In this document: positions 8,700-19,064 of the stretch, one piece after another
How the letters are laid out: the number at the start of each line of letters is the position of its first letter
How positions within the stretch are numbered: position 1 is the first letter of the stretch
Source of the DNA: a virus
Strand: one strand, 5' to 3'
IMG/VR virus record: IMGVR_UViG_3300025150_000006
Location: 32,001 to 96,000 of that record
Length of the DNA: 64,000 nucleotides
Position numbers and translations under genes: made by a program
Notes under the pieces: model-generated
What the model was told of the DNA's origin: nothing
Seen by the model: only the letters and a program-made list of their open reading frames with translations
Databases searched by the model: none

Positions 8700-10393
8700 C
8701 AGAACCGACCCTCGCCCTCAACCTTGGGCTTCGTGTACTTGAGGCCCAGGTACTCAGCAATCTTCGCCGTGAAGTCCGTGTTCTCCGCGAGACCATCACC
8801 AACCCTGGTGTAGAGGCCTCGAAGGATCTCGTTGAACGTCGCGTCCTGGAACGTACCGAAGTCTCGTGCCAGCTTCTCGCGAATCGTGATGGGGTCGAGG
8901 TTGAGATGTTCGAGGATGGTGTCGATGTCGAGGGACCCCTTCTGGTAGAGGTTCATCAGAGCATCGAAGGTCTCGGTGTTGTCACGGAAGGAGAGCCTGG
9001 TGAACGAGAGGTGCGGGACGATGACCTGAAGGACACCATCCTCATCCTCCTCAACGAACCCCATCCGCAGACACATCGGCCGGAAGAACTGGTCCTCGAC
9101 CAGTTCTTGCAGAGTCTCCCGCATCAGCATAAACCTGGTGTTGATGACCTCCAGGTTGATGCGGTCTCCCGAGTAGCTGGACTCACCCGACAACAGACTC
9201 TCGGTCACGCCCAGGCCGGCATACATATGCCGGTCGGTCATGTCGAAGACCCAACTCCAGTCAGGCAGCCGCTGGTCCGCACCCATCTCCTCCCAGGTGA
9301 CCTGGAAGTTGGTGATGATCGAGAAGTCCGGGTCTTGCAGAGCAAGGTCAACCTGCTCTCGCAAGTCCTCCGTCTGCTCAGCGTTCATGTCCTCGGCGTA
9401 GATCAACCGGTAGGGCGTCATGTGCCGGGAAGCGATCGAAGTCAGTGATTGTCGGACCTTGTCGCGGAACACCAGTGTTCGGAGGCACCGTTCGAGGATG
9501 CTCTTGCCCCGTGGCTCGTACTGGGACTTCTTCCGGGCCATGTTGTAGTAGAAGGAACCGGCCTCGGGGTCCGTGTTGAGAGGGACGTTCATCCCCTCTG
9601 AGATAGCGGCCACCACATCTTGTGGCATCGAGTTCACGATGCGGATGGCGTTGGGGTCACCGGACTGGGCTCGATTGAAGATAGCCTTCGTCTTCGAGTC
9701 CGGGATCAGCTCGACCAGCTTCTCCTCGGTGAAGGGGAAGCTCTCGATGTGAATCTGCTCCGGGGGCAGGGTCCGCACCGCAGACCAACCCTTGTAGTTC
9801 TTCTTGAGCCAAGCGACGGCCCGCTCCTTGGCGTCCTCCCGAACGACCTTCCTCTCAACGACCTCGCCCTCCTTGGTGATCTCCCGAACGACCTCGTACT
9901 CGACCGTGTCGGGCATGTCGTCGGAGGTGTCCTCACAGAAGATATGGGCCTCACCAAGCAGGTTCCACTCGTGACTGATCTCCATCAGCCGGTGAAGGAG
10001 ACCCACCCGCTTCGCCCAGTTCTCACAGAACCGGAGAGCCGCAGCCGCCAACTTCTCGTTCTTCGCTGCGGGTTTACGAAGCCGTACCTTGGACAAGGGA
10101 AGCTCGTCGAGCAGGTCGATGGCCTGCCCCACGAAGGGGTCGTGGTCGTAGAAGAAGCGGAAATAGTTGCGCTTCTCGTCATCGGACTGGGGCAGCTCCA
10201 GGAAGTCCGTGGACAGCTCGGGGGAGTAGAAGTTGCCTCCGGCACCCATGGAGGTGTTGCCACCTCCGCCTGCCAGGGAAGCCGCCCGCATCGAAGAAGT
10301 GAGGATCTTGGTGGGCTTTCCCACGGTCACACCCGCACGCTCCGCAATCTTGCGGACCACAATGGTGCTGTCAGGGTCATTCGTCCTAGCCAT
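8699..10393 (-). CDS. Probable portal protein
   Basis: 564 aa, close downstream of terminase; portal-like segments (FYDHDPFVGQAID, LLGEAHIF, PRGKSILER, GLGVTESLLSGESSYS). Confidence 0.6.
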   Translation of the reverse strand: MARTNDPDSTIVVRKIAERAGVTVGKPTKILTSSMRAASLAGGGGNTSMGAGGNFYSPELSTDFLELPQSDDEKRNYFRFFYDHDPFVGQAIDLLDELPLSKVRLRKPAAKNEKLAAAALRFCENWAKRVGLLHRLMEISHEWNLLGEAHIFCEDTSDDMPDTVEYEVVREITKEGEVVERKVVREDAKERAVAWLKKNYKGWSAVRTLPPEQIHIESFPFTEEKLVELIPDSKTKAIFNRAQSGDPNAIRIVNSMPQDVVAAISEGMNVPLNTDPEAGSFYYNMARKKSQYEPRGKSILERCLRTLVFRDKVRQSLTSIASRHMTPYRLIYAEDMNAEQTEDLREQVDLALQDPDFSIITNFQVTWEEMGADQRLPDWSWVFDMTDRHMYAGLGVTESLLSGESSYSGDRINLEVINTRFMLMRETLQELVEDQFFRPMCLRMGFVEEDEDGVLQVIVPHLSFTRLSFRDNTETFDALMNLYQKGSLDIDTILEHLNLDPITIREKLARDFGTFQDATFNEILRGLYTRVGDGLAENTDFTAKIAEYLGLKYTKPKVEGEGRF

Positions 10394-10940
10394 TCACCAC
10401 CCCACCCACTAGACGCCTGAAGATGGCAAGGACGTAGCCGTCGTTGCCCTCCTCGCCTTGCTGGCGAGCAATCTCCAAGGCTCGTTGCCACAACACGCCC
10501 TGAGTCGGCAGAGCTTCAGAATCCAGCTCGGGCTCTTCCTCCACAGATTCTGGCTCTTCCTCGGGGACTACGTCCTTCCCCTCCAAGAATCCAAGCACCC
10601 GGCGAAGACGGTCCTGATACTCTTGCCCACGACGAGAGGGCCTGGAAACTCCAGCGGAACGTTCTCTCCCCTCTAGCCAAGAACACAGGGCTCGGGCCTC
10701 CTGCTTGATGTCCACCTCCTCCGAGGTGCCTTCCAGGTGCCCTATGGCCCCAATCAGGCGCTCCGCCTTGGCCAGCCGAGCCAACTTATCCCGATAGGGC
10801 GCATCCTCAGAAGCCTGGGACCGGGATGCCTGAGCACACACTGCCAACGCTGCACGGACGGCCTGGTGGGCACGAGCCAGGTGCGTGTGCAGCTCACGGT
10901 CAGCAGATGACCGGGAAAGTGTGGCGCGAAGACGACCCAT
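10386..10940 (-). CDS. Hypothetical protein
   Basis: ORF coupled to neighbours in the packaging operon. Confidence 0.6.
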   Translation of the reverse strand: MGRLRATLSRSSADRELHTHLARAHQAVRAALAVCAQASRSQASEDAPYRDKLARLAKAERLIGAIGHLEGTSEEVDIKQEARALCSWLEGRERSAGVSRPSRRGQEYQDRLRRVLGFLEGKDVVPEEEPESVEEEPELDSEALPTQGVLWQRALEIARQQGEEGNDGYVLAIFRRLVGGVVNG

Positions 10941-11195
10941 CTAGTCCCATTTCTCCTTCTTGGTCAGGTAGCCCTGCTTGAAAGCGACCTTGAGCACGGT
11001 CTTGAGCAGGTTGATGTCTTCCGCAGACCCGTCGAAAACCGACTTCCACGAACCACCAGCCTGAGAGAATACCCGTGAAACACGATCGAACTCACTGGGA
11101 ACCGGTGTGATTTTGCCGTTGAGGACCAGACTGGTCATCTTGAGCAAGAACCGATGGTCCGCACGAAGGGGCCACTGTGGGGTCAAACTTGCCAT
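10941..11195 (-). CDS. Small hypothetical protein
   Basis: 84-aa ORF starting 3 nt after the terL stop, typical codon usage. Confidence 0.6.
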   Translation of the reverse strand: MASLTPQWPLRADHRFLLKMTSLVLNGKITPVPSEFDRVSRVFSQAGGSWKSVFDGSAEDINLLKTVLKVAFKQGYLTKKEKWD

Positions 11196-11198
11196 GAA

Positions 11199-14100
11199 TC
11201 ATCGGCCTCCCCGACCACGAGACGTATTCCGACTGAGGGCCGAGCGCTGCCGATCTGGGCTAGAACCACCCAGCCGAGTCCGAGCTGATGCCTTGCGCAT
11301 CATCTTCGCCAGGTCCGTCGGGGTGGGGATGTTCCCACGGTGCCCCGGTCGGGTGTCTGTACCTGCAATATACTTTCGCTTACCGATGTGCTGGGTAGCC
11401 TCCCAGACCATTCGGACGAGGGCGTCTGAGTAGTCATCGTACTTGCCAGGTGCATTGGGGGCCTCGACCGTGATGATGTACTTCGAGTGCATCTCCGCCT
11501 GAAGTTCCATCATCTCCGCGATGTACTCTGCGTGCCACTCCCCACCCTCGGTCTCGACCTCGGGAGCGTCGAACAACAGCACCTTGCCCTCGTACATGAG
11601 GGTTTTGAAGTTGGCGAAGACCTGACTGGTGAGCTGCTTCGTGAAGAACACCGACTCACACTGGATCAAACCCTTGTTGTGCAGAGCCGTCTCGAACGGG
11701 ATACCGGCCCACTGATCAAACAAGCCCTTCTCGATATAGAACTTCCTCGACAACCCGTGGATCCACGCCGTGATGTCGTCGAACGACAAACGGGTCAGGT
11801 TCTTGTAGTTTCCTTCGCCCGCTCGGATGCGCTCAATGTGGTCGAGCACGATGTTGCTCTGGTAGTCGATATGGCCAATGGCAACCGCGCAGTAGTCACC
11901 ATCCACCAGACCCGCCGAGATGTCGATGCCCATGAAGTGGGGGGCTCGGGCCGGAGCCTTGAGTGCAGGGCTGTGACTGTCATCCACACAACGCAACAGA
12001 GCATTTGGCTCCAGCCAGCCCTTGGTACGGTTGGTGAAATCAGCCCCGAACTCGGTGAAGAAGCTGTCCTGGTCCGTCTCATACTCTTCTGCGAGGAACG
12101 AAGCCTCCACCGTTGGGTTGACTTCCCAGGTCGGTGCCTGGATACAGAGCATGTTCTGGGAAGCCAGGCCACCCATGAACCCCTGACGGTACTTCCGATA
12201 GAAGAACCCTTGCTTGCCCAGGGGGCTGGAGATGGACAGGATGCGGCCTTCGACCTTGCCTACTGCTCGACGACGGTTGTTCGGGTCCTTGGGGGAGAAA
12301 GCGGCCAGCGAGGGCTTGACAGCTCGGTAGATCTTGAGGGCGTCCGACTGCCCTGCATCGTTGAAGTGGGCAAGCTCGTCGAGGATGATGACGATGTTAC
12401 CAGCACCACGGAGACCCTTGGCGACACAGCTCTTGAAACTGACCTTGATGGTGGCCTTGGCCGTGGGGTCGTCGGAGTACCGACCGAATCGCTGAATGTC
12501 CTCTGGCGACTGGAACTTCGCGTAGGACATCGTGTTGTTGGCGGTGTAGGGCTTGTAGAAAGCACAGTTACCTGTGACAATGTTCCCCTCCAGGGTGAAC
12601 GTCCCATGCCCCTCCACCGTGGCACAAAACACCTCCTCCACCCGATCAGTCGCCTCAACCGACCGGACAGTCCAATACTTGTGGCGCTGCGCCTTCCCAC
12701 CCCCTGCGGAGAGGAAGTTCTCCCGGTGCTGCAGAATCACGAAAAAGGACTCATCCAGATGGCTCCGCTGGAGTGCAAGAGAAAACATCGTATGAGGCTG
12801 GCCCGTGAGGTTGGACACCCTATCTTCGCGGCGGATGGTGAACGTCCCAATCCCCAACACGGCGCACACGTCTCGGACAAACAGGAGGTTGGCCTCAACC
12901 GCACTGCTAATAATGACCTGACCACCCTTGGAGCAGGACCCGTCTGCGGCGAAGTAGCCCATCAGCCACCCCAACAGGTAGCTGTGGTTCTCCTCGATGG
13001 AGGGCAGTTCCCGGAAGAAGTTTGGCAAGGCTCCGAAGCGGGTGGCGTTGATGCCAGGCTGGTCCGTCGAGGGGCAAAGAGCAAAGTACGGCTGAAGGTG
13101 GGAGTCCTTCTCCCCCACCAAGTTCACCGACGTGGCGTGACGCTGACCCTTTGAGGTGCTGCCGTCTCCAAAGGTAAACCCATGGGCGACACCGAAGGGT
13201 GAACCCGTCACCTTGTTCTTGTAGCTCCGGCCGTACACCTGCTGAAGCCGGTGCTTGCCGGGCCGCAATTCCGTGGTCTTGAACTCCCTGTAGCCCTTGC
13301 CTCGGTGTGGCTTCCGCTGGTCCAACGTGAGCCAACGGTGATCCCCCGTGCAGTGAATGACCTTCTCGACTCCTTGCCGGGAAAGCACCAACCTGTAGAG
13401 GCGCTGCCTGCCGAAGGACCGCACCGGTGCTGCTACCCAGGCCCCCTTCCCCGTCAGTACCGTGGGGGTCGTACCCGCCAACTCACCAATGGGTTTGATG
13501 CCATCAGCGGTAATCACCTCGGTGTCCCGAGCGAAACAGTTCGAGAAGTGACCGCTGGCCTCGTTGTACAACAGCCCGGCCTGATCCTTGTCCGTTGCGA
13601 CCGAGATGAGCTGGATCACGTTCGTCTTGGGGATGCCGTAATAGAGCTGCGGGTTGTCCTTCAAGATGAGCTTGTAGACCTCGTAGGCCATCACGCAGGC
13701 ACAGATGAACGTATTGTGGCTAGTCATTCCATTGGCGACGAATGACTCCCCGTCGGGCACGTTCAGGTCAAACACCGGATTGACCCCTTCCTTGATGTCC
13801 TTCACGGGATCGAAGAAGTAGTCCAGATCCAACAGGTGCTCAAAGTGAGCGATGACCTCAGGGTCGGCCCCGAGCCCCCGAGCCACTGGCAGCACTTGCT
13901 CCAACCGGGGGTAGGTCATCTCGTCCAGGGCTGCCGGCTTGATCGTGTTGCCCAGTACCTCCCGTAGGGCCGACCGACTCCATGCTTTTTTCTGACCCGG
14001 ACGGGGATGCACAACGGGCACAGACTCTAAGAGACGCCGTGCCCAATCCCTCTGATGGGGGATTGACTCGGCATCCCCCCCTTCCTTCCCAGCGGCCTCC

Positions 14101-15545
14101 AAGGACTGGAGCAGGGGGTCCATTTTCTTCCTAGAATCAAACCCCACCCGCTCTGCGAAGCCCCTCCTGTGCCGAAGTCCACGGATGGTCAGAATCCAAT
14201 AGACATTGCCCTTGATGGTTTTGGGCTTGATCCGGCTAACGATGCCCAGATTGAGCAACAGCGTCTGAACTTCCCGAGCAAGACGCCCACTGGCAGTGCT
14301 GTAGGATACGATCTTGCCTCCAGACTCGACCCCGCCATCCGTCTCAAACAACCCACGCAAAAATGCCTGTACCACGGGACGAGGCGACTGAAGGATGGAC
14401 CAGGGCACCATCTTGGCATCCCGGTCCGTTCCCAACCTGAACCCCAAGTCGTGAAGGAACGCCCGCATCCCCACGCTGCCAAACTTGATGGCCCCGGTGT
14501 TTTCCGTGCGCTTGTCCATCACCACGGAGTAACCGCCCAACAAGCCGGTGTAGAGGGCTTTCAGGGTGTCCCACGTCTCGTCATGCTCGACGGTGACCTC
14601 GACTCGGCCCTTGTAGTTCCACAGACCATCCCCCACAAGGTAGCCCAGAAAGCGTCCCCAGTCCTCCGTCAACTTGTCTGGGAACTTCAACTCCCGGTAG
14701 CCCGCGGCATTGTGGAAAGGAGTGCAGTCAACGTACTCCGACGCCCACAGGTCAGTGTTCCGGTGGATGCACACCACGTCCCCGACTGCCAAATCCGCCA
14801 GATAACGCCAAGCCACCACACCTTGCTCAGTGAGCACCTTGATCCGGTGGTTGTCCGTCCCCCCTAGATGATAGCCACACCGGGTCGTCAGAGTTCGAGT
14901 TGCCTTCACCCCACCGTTGTAGAAATAGGCCGACCGGGACTTTTGAGCCCCCTCCTGAGCCACCCCCACTTCAAGGACTTGAACTTCAGGACCATCTGGG
15001 TCGCCCATTTCCTCGATGCGTCGGATGCCCCCATCCGTCAACACGAGACTGTCCCCGAGAATGCACTTGCCTGAACGACGACCGATGGAAAGCACCAGCT
15101 CTCGGCGCTCCTCCCCCGCGATGACCTCACTGATGTTGCTGCGACCCTCATTGAACAGGAACCGGAGATACTCAGCCTCCGTCATGTACCGAGGGTTCTC
15201 TCGCCGCCAGTCTGTGATCTTGACCCGGAACTTGTAGTACCCGGTCTCATCCTCCATCCCAGCCCCTTCAGCGACCACCTCTGCCTCGGAACCACCTTCA
15301 TCAGGGAGGAAAGCCTGCTCCTTGTAGGCCGGATGATCTGTGGGGATGGGCTTGTTGAGGTCGAACCCATAGGGGTTGTCGTCGAGAGGGATGCCGTAAT
15401 GGGCCTTCAAAATCACCCGCTGTACCGGGTACAACGGAATGTTGAGTCCCCAGGTGGACTCGACAAACGTGATGATGTCAACCGCCCGATAACCAGACTG
15501 CTGTTGCCTGCCGGCTTCGAGGGCGATGTCCGCCAGGCGACTCAT
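11199..15545 (-). CDS. terL: Terminase large subunit with two inteins (mature about 673 aa)
   Basis: Walker A GRRSGK|T, Walker B IIILDE, ISSP coupling motif, nuclease MGID and DDYSDA. Confidence 0.88.
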   Translation of the reverse strand: MSRLADIALEAGRQQQSGYRAVDIITFVESTWGLNIPLYPVQRVILKAHYGIPLDDNPYGFDLNKPIPTDHPAYKEQAFLPDEGGSEAEVVAEGAGMEDETGYYKFRVKITDWRRENPRYMTEAEYLRFLFNEGRSNISEVIAGEERRELVLSIGRRSGKCILGDSLVLTDGGIRRIEEMGDPDGPEVQVLEVGVAQEGAQKSRSAYFYNGGVKATRTLTTRCGYHLGGTDNHRIKVLTEQGVVAWRYLADLAVGDVVCIHRNTDLWASEYVDCTPFHNAAGYRELKFPDKLTEDWGRFLGYLVGDGLWNYKGRVEVTVEHDETWDTLKALYTGLLGGYSVVMDKRTENTGAIKFGSVGMRAFLHDLGFRLGTDRDAKMVPWSILQSPRPVVQAFLRGLFETDGGVESGGKIVSYSTASGRLAREVQTLLLNLGIVSRIKPKTIKGNVYWILTIRGLRHRRGFAERVGFDSRKKMDPLLQSLEAAGKEGGDAESIPHQRDWARRLLESVPVVHPRPGQKKAWSRSALREVLGNTIKPAALDEMTYPRLEQVLPVARGLGADPEVIAHFEHLLDLDYFFDPVKDIKEGVNPVFDLNVPDGESFVANGMTSHNTFICACVMAYEVYKLILKDNPQLYYGIPKTNVIQLISVATDKDQAGLLYNEASGHFSNCFARDTEVITADGIKPIGELAGTTPTVLTGKGAWVAAPVRSFGRQRLYRLVLSRQGVEKVIHCTGDHRWLTLDQRKPHRGKGYREFKTTELRPGKHRLQQVYGRSYKNKVTGSPFGVAHGFTFGDGSTSKGQRHATSVNLVGEKDSHLQPYFALCPSTDQPGINATRFGALPNFFRELPSIEENHSYLLGWLMGYFAADGSCSKGGQVIISSAVEANLLFVRDVCAVLGIGTFTIRREDRVSNLTGQPHTMFSLALQRSHLDESFFVILQHRENFLSAGGGKAQRHKYWTVRSVEATDRVEEVFCATVEGHGTFTLEGNIVTGNCAFYKPYTANNTMSYAKFQSPEDIQRFGRYSDDPTAKATIKVSFKSCVAKGLRGAGNIVIILDELAHFNDAGQSDALKIYRAVKPSLAAFSPKDPNNRRRAVGKVEGRILSISSPLGKQGFFYRKYRQGFMGGLASQNMLCIQAPTWEVNPTVEASFLAEEYETDQDSFFTEFGADFTNRTKGWLEPNALLRCVDDSHSPALKAPARAPHFMGIDISAGLVDGDYCAVAIGHIDYQSNIVLDHIERIRAGEGNYKNLTRLSFDDITAWIHGLSRKFYIEKGLFDQWAGIPFETALHNKGLIQCESVFFTKQLTSQVFANFKTLMYEGKVLLFDAPEVETEGGEWHAEYIAEMMELQAEMHSKYIITVEAPNAPGKYDDYSDALVRMVWEATQHIGKRKYIAGTDTRPGHRGNIPTPTDLAKMMRKASARTRLGGSSPDRQRSALSRNTSRGRGGR
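12567..13538 (-). mobile_element. Intein 2 of TerL (324 aa, LAGLIDADG; Cys1 plus W-C-T triplet; ends GN)
   Basis: FSN|CFARDT...TGDHRW...GYFAADG...VFCATV...IVTGN|CAF. Confidence 0.88.
13713..15065 (-). mobile_element. Intein 1 of TerL (451 aa, class 1, LAGLIDADG) in Walker A
   Basis: GK|CILGDS...GYLVGDG...FLRGLFETDG...FVANGMTSHN|T. Confidence 0.92.
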
Positions 15546-15558
15546 TAGGTGGACCCTC

Positions 15559-16239
15559 CTAGATCGACTTCTTCATCCGCGTCTTCGCTTCGTCCTTCCA
15601 GTCATCATCCACCATGTTGGAGAACCGGCTGAAGACCGTCTCGATCTGCTCGGGTCGGAGGTGGGCGAAGTTCATCGCCTCACGGAAAGTGTCCATGATC
15701 TGTCGGAACAGCACCGCAAATGCTGGGGACTCCATGTCGATATTCCGCGTGGTGAGCTGGTCCATACGCTTGAGCCACGTCTCTGCCGTGGCTCGAAGGG
15801 CCTGCACACGCTTCGAGGACAATCCTGATGTGTCCTTTCCCTCGCGAGCAGCCTCCAGGCGCTCGAACTTGAGGCTGGCAGCTTCCTCGCCGAGGCCCAT
15901 GATGATGGCCTGGAGCAAGTCCGCCGATTCAGGATTACGCCGCATCTGCTCAAGGATGTCGTCGGCGTTCATCACCGCATCCTTGCGCTTGAGGACCTCC
16001 GCCACAGTGGCGTTGGCAGGACCAACATCCACGACGTTCTTACGGCCTGGCTTCCCCTTCATAACGATGGGGTCGCCGAGCTTGTTCGTCTGAACTACGT
16101 CCGTGTCGGCAAGATCCGACACAGCCTTGTACTTCTGCTCACCCTTGGCCGTCAGCACCCGCACACGAGTTGCACTTGGGGGAATCTTGGCCAGGAGGTC
16201 AGCTCGGAGCTGCTTATCCTGGGCACTCTTACGGGGCAT
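15559..16239 (-). CDS. Hypothetical protein, possibly terminase small subunit
   Basis: 226-aa helical basic protein directly upstream of terL; positional inference only. Confidence 0.4.
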   Translation of the reverse strand: MPRKSAQDKQLRADLLAKIPPSATRVRVLTAKGEQKYKAVSDLADTDVVQTNKLGDPIVMKGKPGRKNVVDVGPANATVAEVLKRKDAVMNADDILEQMRRNPESADLLQAIIMGLGEEAASLKFERLEAAREGKDTSGLSSKRVQALRATAETWLKRMDQLTTRNIDMESPAFAVLFRQIMDTFREAMNFAHLRPEQIETVFSRFSNMVDDDWKDEAKTRMKKSI

Positions 16240-16250
16240 GAGCGGGCCTC

Positions 16251-16793
16251 CTATGTGAACTCAGGCGGATAGGGTGACGGGTCGCCCTGGTCCATGAACC
16301 CTGGCTTGACCGTCGCCGCCAACACGAAAGCACTCGCGGCACCCCACTCTACCACCTCCATGCGATGCTCATCACCGTGGGCTACAGTCGTAGAGATCGT
16401 CACAGTGTCGATGCCATCCGAGACGGCCGTGAACCCAGGCAGAGCCAAGATAGCAGCCGCGAGGTTGGCGGCCAGAGCGATGTCGTTGGCCCCCACAGCG
16501 AAATCCACTCCGGGACGAAGCTCGAACGCGCCTACCCGGATGAGATGCTCGCCAGGCACACAGTTGGCCTGCACAACAGCAACATCAGCCGTGGCGGCTA
16601 CGACCCCTCCTGGAGCCCTCACCCGAGCAATCAGACCGTGACCCAAGCCACGCTTGACCCAGGAGAATGTCTCCGTCTGCCGAATAGGGGCAGGCTGCCC
16701 GAGGGCCTTGACCGTCTGGCTCGGATCCGTCCCAAACGGATGCACAGGGACATGAATCGTGAACGCCGGGCCACTGCGGAACTTGTCTGCCAT
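16251..16793 (-). CDS. Putative structural protein
   Basis: Ala/Val/Thr-rich beta protein; AANLAAAI..LPGFTA..DTVTI pattern resembles virion domains. Confidence 0.45.
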   Translation of the reverse strand: MADKFRSGPAFTIHVPVHPFGTDPSQTVKALGQPAPIRQTETFSWVKRGLGHGLIARVRAPGGVVAATADVAVVQANCVPGEHLIRVGAFELRPGVDFAVGANDIALAANLAAAILALPGFTAVSDGIDTVTISTTVAHGDEHRMEVVEWGAASAFVLAATVKPGFMDQGDPSPYPPEFT

Positions 16794-16802
16794 CGGATCC
16801 CC

Positions 16803-19064
16803 CTAGAAGTTCCAGCCATCACCGAACAGTACGTCCCCGATGTTTTCCGTGACCGAGGGGTCATCCAACTCGACGTTCATCGAGTCACCGAGGTTGAACT
16901 CTCCGGGGTTGAACAGTGACGCCGTGATCTCGTGATCTGAAGCGTTGGCCACCTGGAGCATCTTCCGCTTGAAATCCGCCGCATCCTTCGGGATCTGGTG
17001 GAGAAGCTCCTTGCCGTACTTCGTGCAGACACCATTGGCGTTGGCCAACGTGCACCCAGCACATCGGTCCATCGCCTTGACGAACCGAATCTGGTTTGCC
17101 CGGTGCAACGACGCGGACTTCTCGCAACCCGTGGACCCCGTCTTCGACGCATAGGCCTCGGCGTCAACGTAGAGGTGACCCGAAAGCCCCTCGTGCTCGT
17201 CACGAAGCATCGCGATGAGACCCTCACCCGCTGCCCGCAGGGGGCTAGCAAACCGGATGGTCATCAGAGCCGTGAGGTCATCCCCCGCCATCCCCTCGGA
17301 CATCTTCTGGCGGACCCAGCGGGCCATGCTCTGGAACTCGGCGACCCGGATTCCACTGGCAGCCGATGCCTGACGCATCGCCTCCTGATCGGCTGCCAGC
17401 TTCTTAGGCCTGGGACCCTGCTGGAGAGCCCGCTTGATGACGGGGCCACCGTACTCCTGAGCTGCCGCCGACCGCTTCATCGCGACCTTGCGAGTGCCCG
17501 AGGAGTTGGCGTAGGCCGTGGCCAGCTTGAGCATCTCCTCAGGAGTGCCCTGCTCTAGGGCCAGACGTGCCTCCTTCTCAGAAAGCTGCCCGGCATCTAG
17601 CATCGCTACAACGTGGGCACGAGCCTTGTTACCCTGAACCCTGGACAGCTCCGCCTGAGCGAACGCGGTCCACACTTTTCGAACGGCCTGCCGATGAGCG
17701 GTGACTCGGGTGCCATCCCCATCGTACTGGGCCACCTTGGGCATCTGGTTCGCCCGAGCCAGAGATTCGGCAGCCTTGCGGATGGCCTCCGGGCTCGCCT
17801 TGGAGTGGCTGAGCTTGAGCACGTCAGCCTGGGAGATGAGCCCAGCCGCTCCTGCCTTCTGTACGGTCACCAGGGCCGCCTTACGGGCCCTGGCCTGGTC
17901 ATCCCTGGCAACGACCTGCCGAACTTGGCGGGGGGCCTCAGCAGCCATCCTCCTGGCCTCTGAGAGGGTCACCCGGTCAGCCGGGCGGACATCCACCGGC
18001 TTCACCGAAGCAGTGTGCCCCACCTCACGAGGTCCAGTCAGGAACGCGAGCTGGAGGGTCTTCTTCGGGTCGCCACCGACGCTGGCCACCTTGTAGCCAG
18101 CCGCTGTCAAGTTCGCCGTGTAGATCTTGAGGGCCTTCTTCCAGGGCACCTCGGAGACCATCTCCATCCCGAGCTTGGCAGCAACCGCCGGATCCTCGGT
18201 GAGTACATAGCGAGCGGTACGAGCGACCTTCCGAAGCTCCTTGGCCCACTTGCCATTCCGCAGACCTGGAAAGGCACTGGCCCGAACAAACACGTTGCCC
18301 GCGACTCCGTGATCCGCTGCGATGATGCCTACTGCCTTGGATGCCATCTTCTTGTCGAGGTTGGCGTGCAGGTAGTTGGCGATCTCCCCCATCGTCCGAC
18401 CATAGTGGGACATCCGCACGGCCTTCTTGAGATGCCAGGAGGCATCCCCAGCATTCTTCCCTACACCAGGCGTCGCGGGACGACCGGACTCGATGGAGTC
18501 CTCGTAGTTCGCGATCTCCTTGTCCCGGTTCGGGACGAGAGCGAGACCATCCGTTCTCCGGTTCACACCCCAGGCCTCCTCCAGCTCGATGGAGGAGTTC
18601 AACGGGGGCTTGTCCGGGCGCAACTCCTTGGGGAGTCGGGCAGGGTCCTGCTCTTGAGTGGGGTCGAGCCAGCTCAGGTCCGCCAGACTGGCAGCGTGCT
18701 GCTCAGCAGCAGTCATGTGCAGGCCACCCTCGTTGGGGGACAGCATATCCCCCAGGTCGAAAACACCCTCGTCCTCGTCTACGAAGGACAGATCCCCAAA
18801 GTCATCGGCCTCCTTGGAGTCACCCTCGCCGCTCATGAGCCCATCGGGAAGAGCGGACATCCCCTTGGTCTGAGCAGGGGTGATGGGGCCTGACATACCA
18901 CCCAGGTCCCCGTGGTTCCGAAGTCCCTCACCCAAGGTCTGGTCGTGATGGAAACCATCAAGGCCATAGTTGGACCCTTCAGTCCAGGTGAAGTCATCCG
19001 ACGGAAGGTCTGACCCCGCCATGAACGCATCCTCCCAAGACGCCTGCTTCTTCTTGGTGCTCAT
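16803..19064 (-). CDS. Large hypothetical late protein (acidic N-terminus, many K/R-x-A motifs, C-terminal Cys cluster)
   Basis: 753-aa ORF, ATGA-coupled; CEK..CAGC..C near the C-terminus. Confidence 0.7.
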   Translation of the reverse strand: MSTKKKQASWEDAFMAGSDLPSDDFTWTEGSNYGLDGFHHDQTLGEGLRNHGDLGGMSGPITPAQTKGMSALPDGLMSGEGDSKEADDFGDLSFVDEDEGVFDLGDMLSPNEGGLHMTAAEQHAASLADLSWLDPTQEQDPARLPKELRPDKPPLNSSIELEEAWGVNRRTDGLALVPNRDKEIANYEDSIESGRPATPGVGKNAGDASWHLKKAVRMSHYGRTMGEIANYLHANLDKKMASKAVGIIAADHGVAGNVFVRASAFPGLRNGKWAKELRKVARTARYVLTEDPAVAAKLGMEMVSEVPWKKALKIYTANLTAAGYKVASVGGDPKKTLQLAFLTGPREVGHTASVKPVDVRPADRVTLSEARRMAAEAPRQVRQVVARDDQARARKAALVTVQKAGAAGLISQADVLKLSHSKASPEAIRKAAESLARANQMPKVAQYDGDGTRVTAHRQAVRKVWTAFAQAELSRVQGNKARAHVVAMLDAGQLSEKEARLALEQGTPEEMLKLATAYANSSGTRKVAMKRSAAAQEYGGPVIKRALQQGPRPKKLAADQEAMRQASAASGIRVAEFQSMARWVRQKMSEGMAGDDLTALMTIRFASPLRAAGEGLIAMLRDEHEGLSGHLYVDAEAYASKTGSTGCEKSASLHRANQIRFVKAMDRCAGCTLANANGVCTKYGKELLHQIPKDAADFKRKMLQVANASDHEITASLFNPGEFNLGDSMNVELDDPSVTENIGDVLFGDGWNF

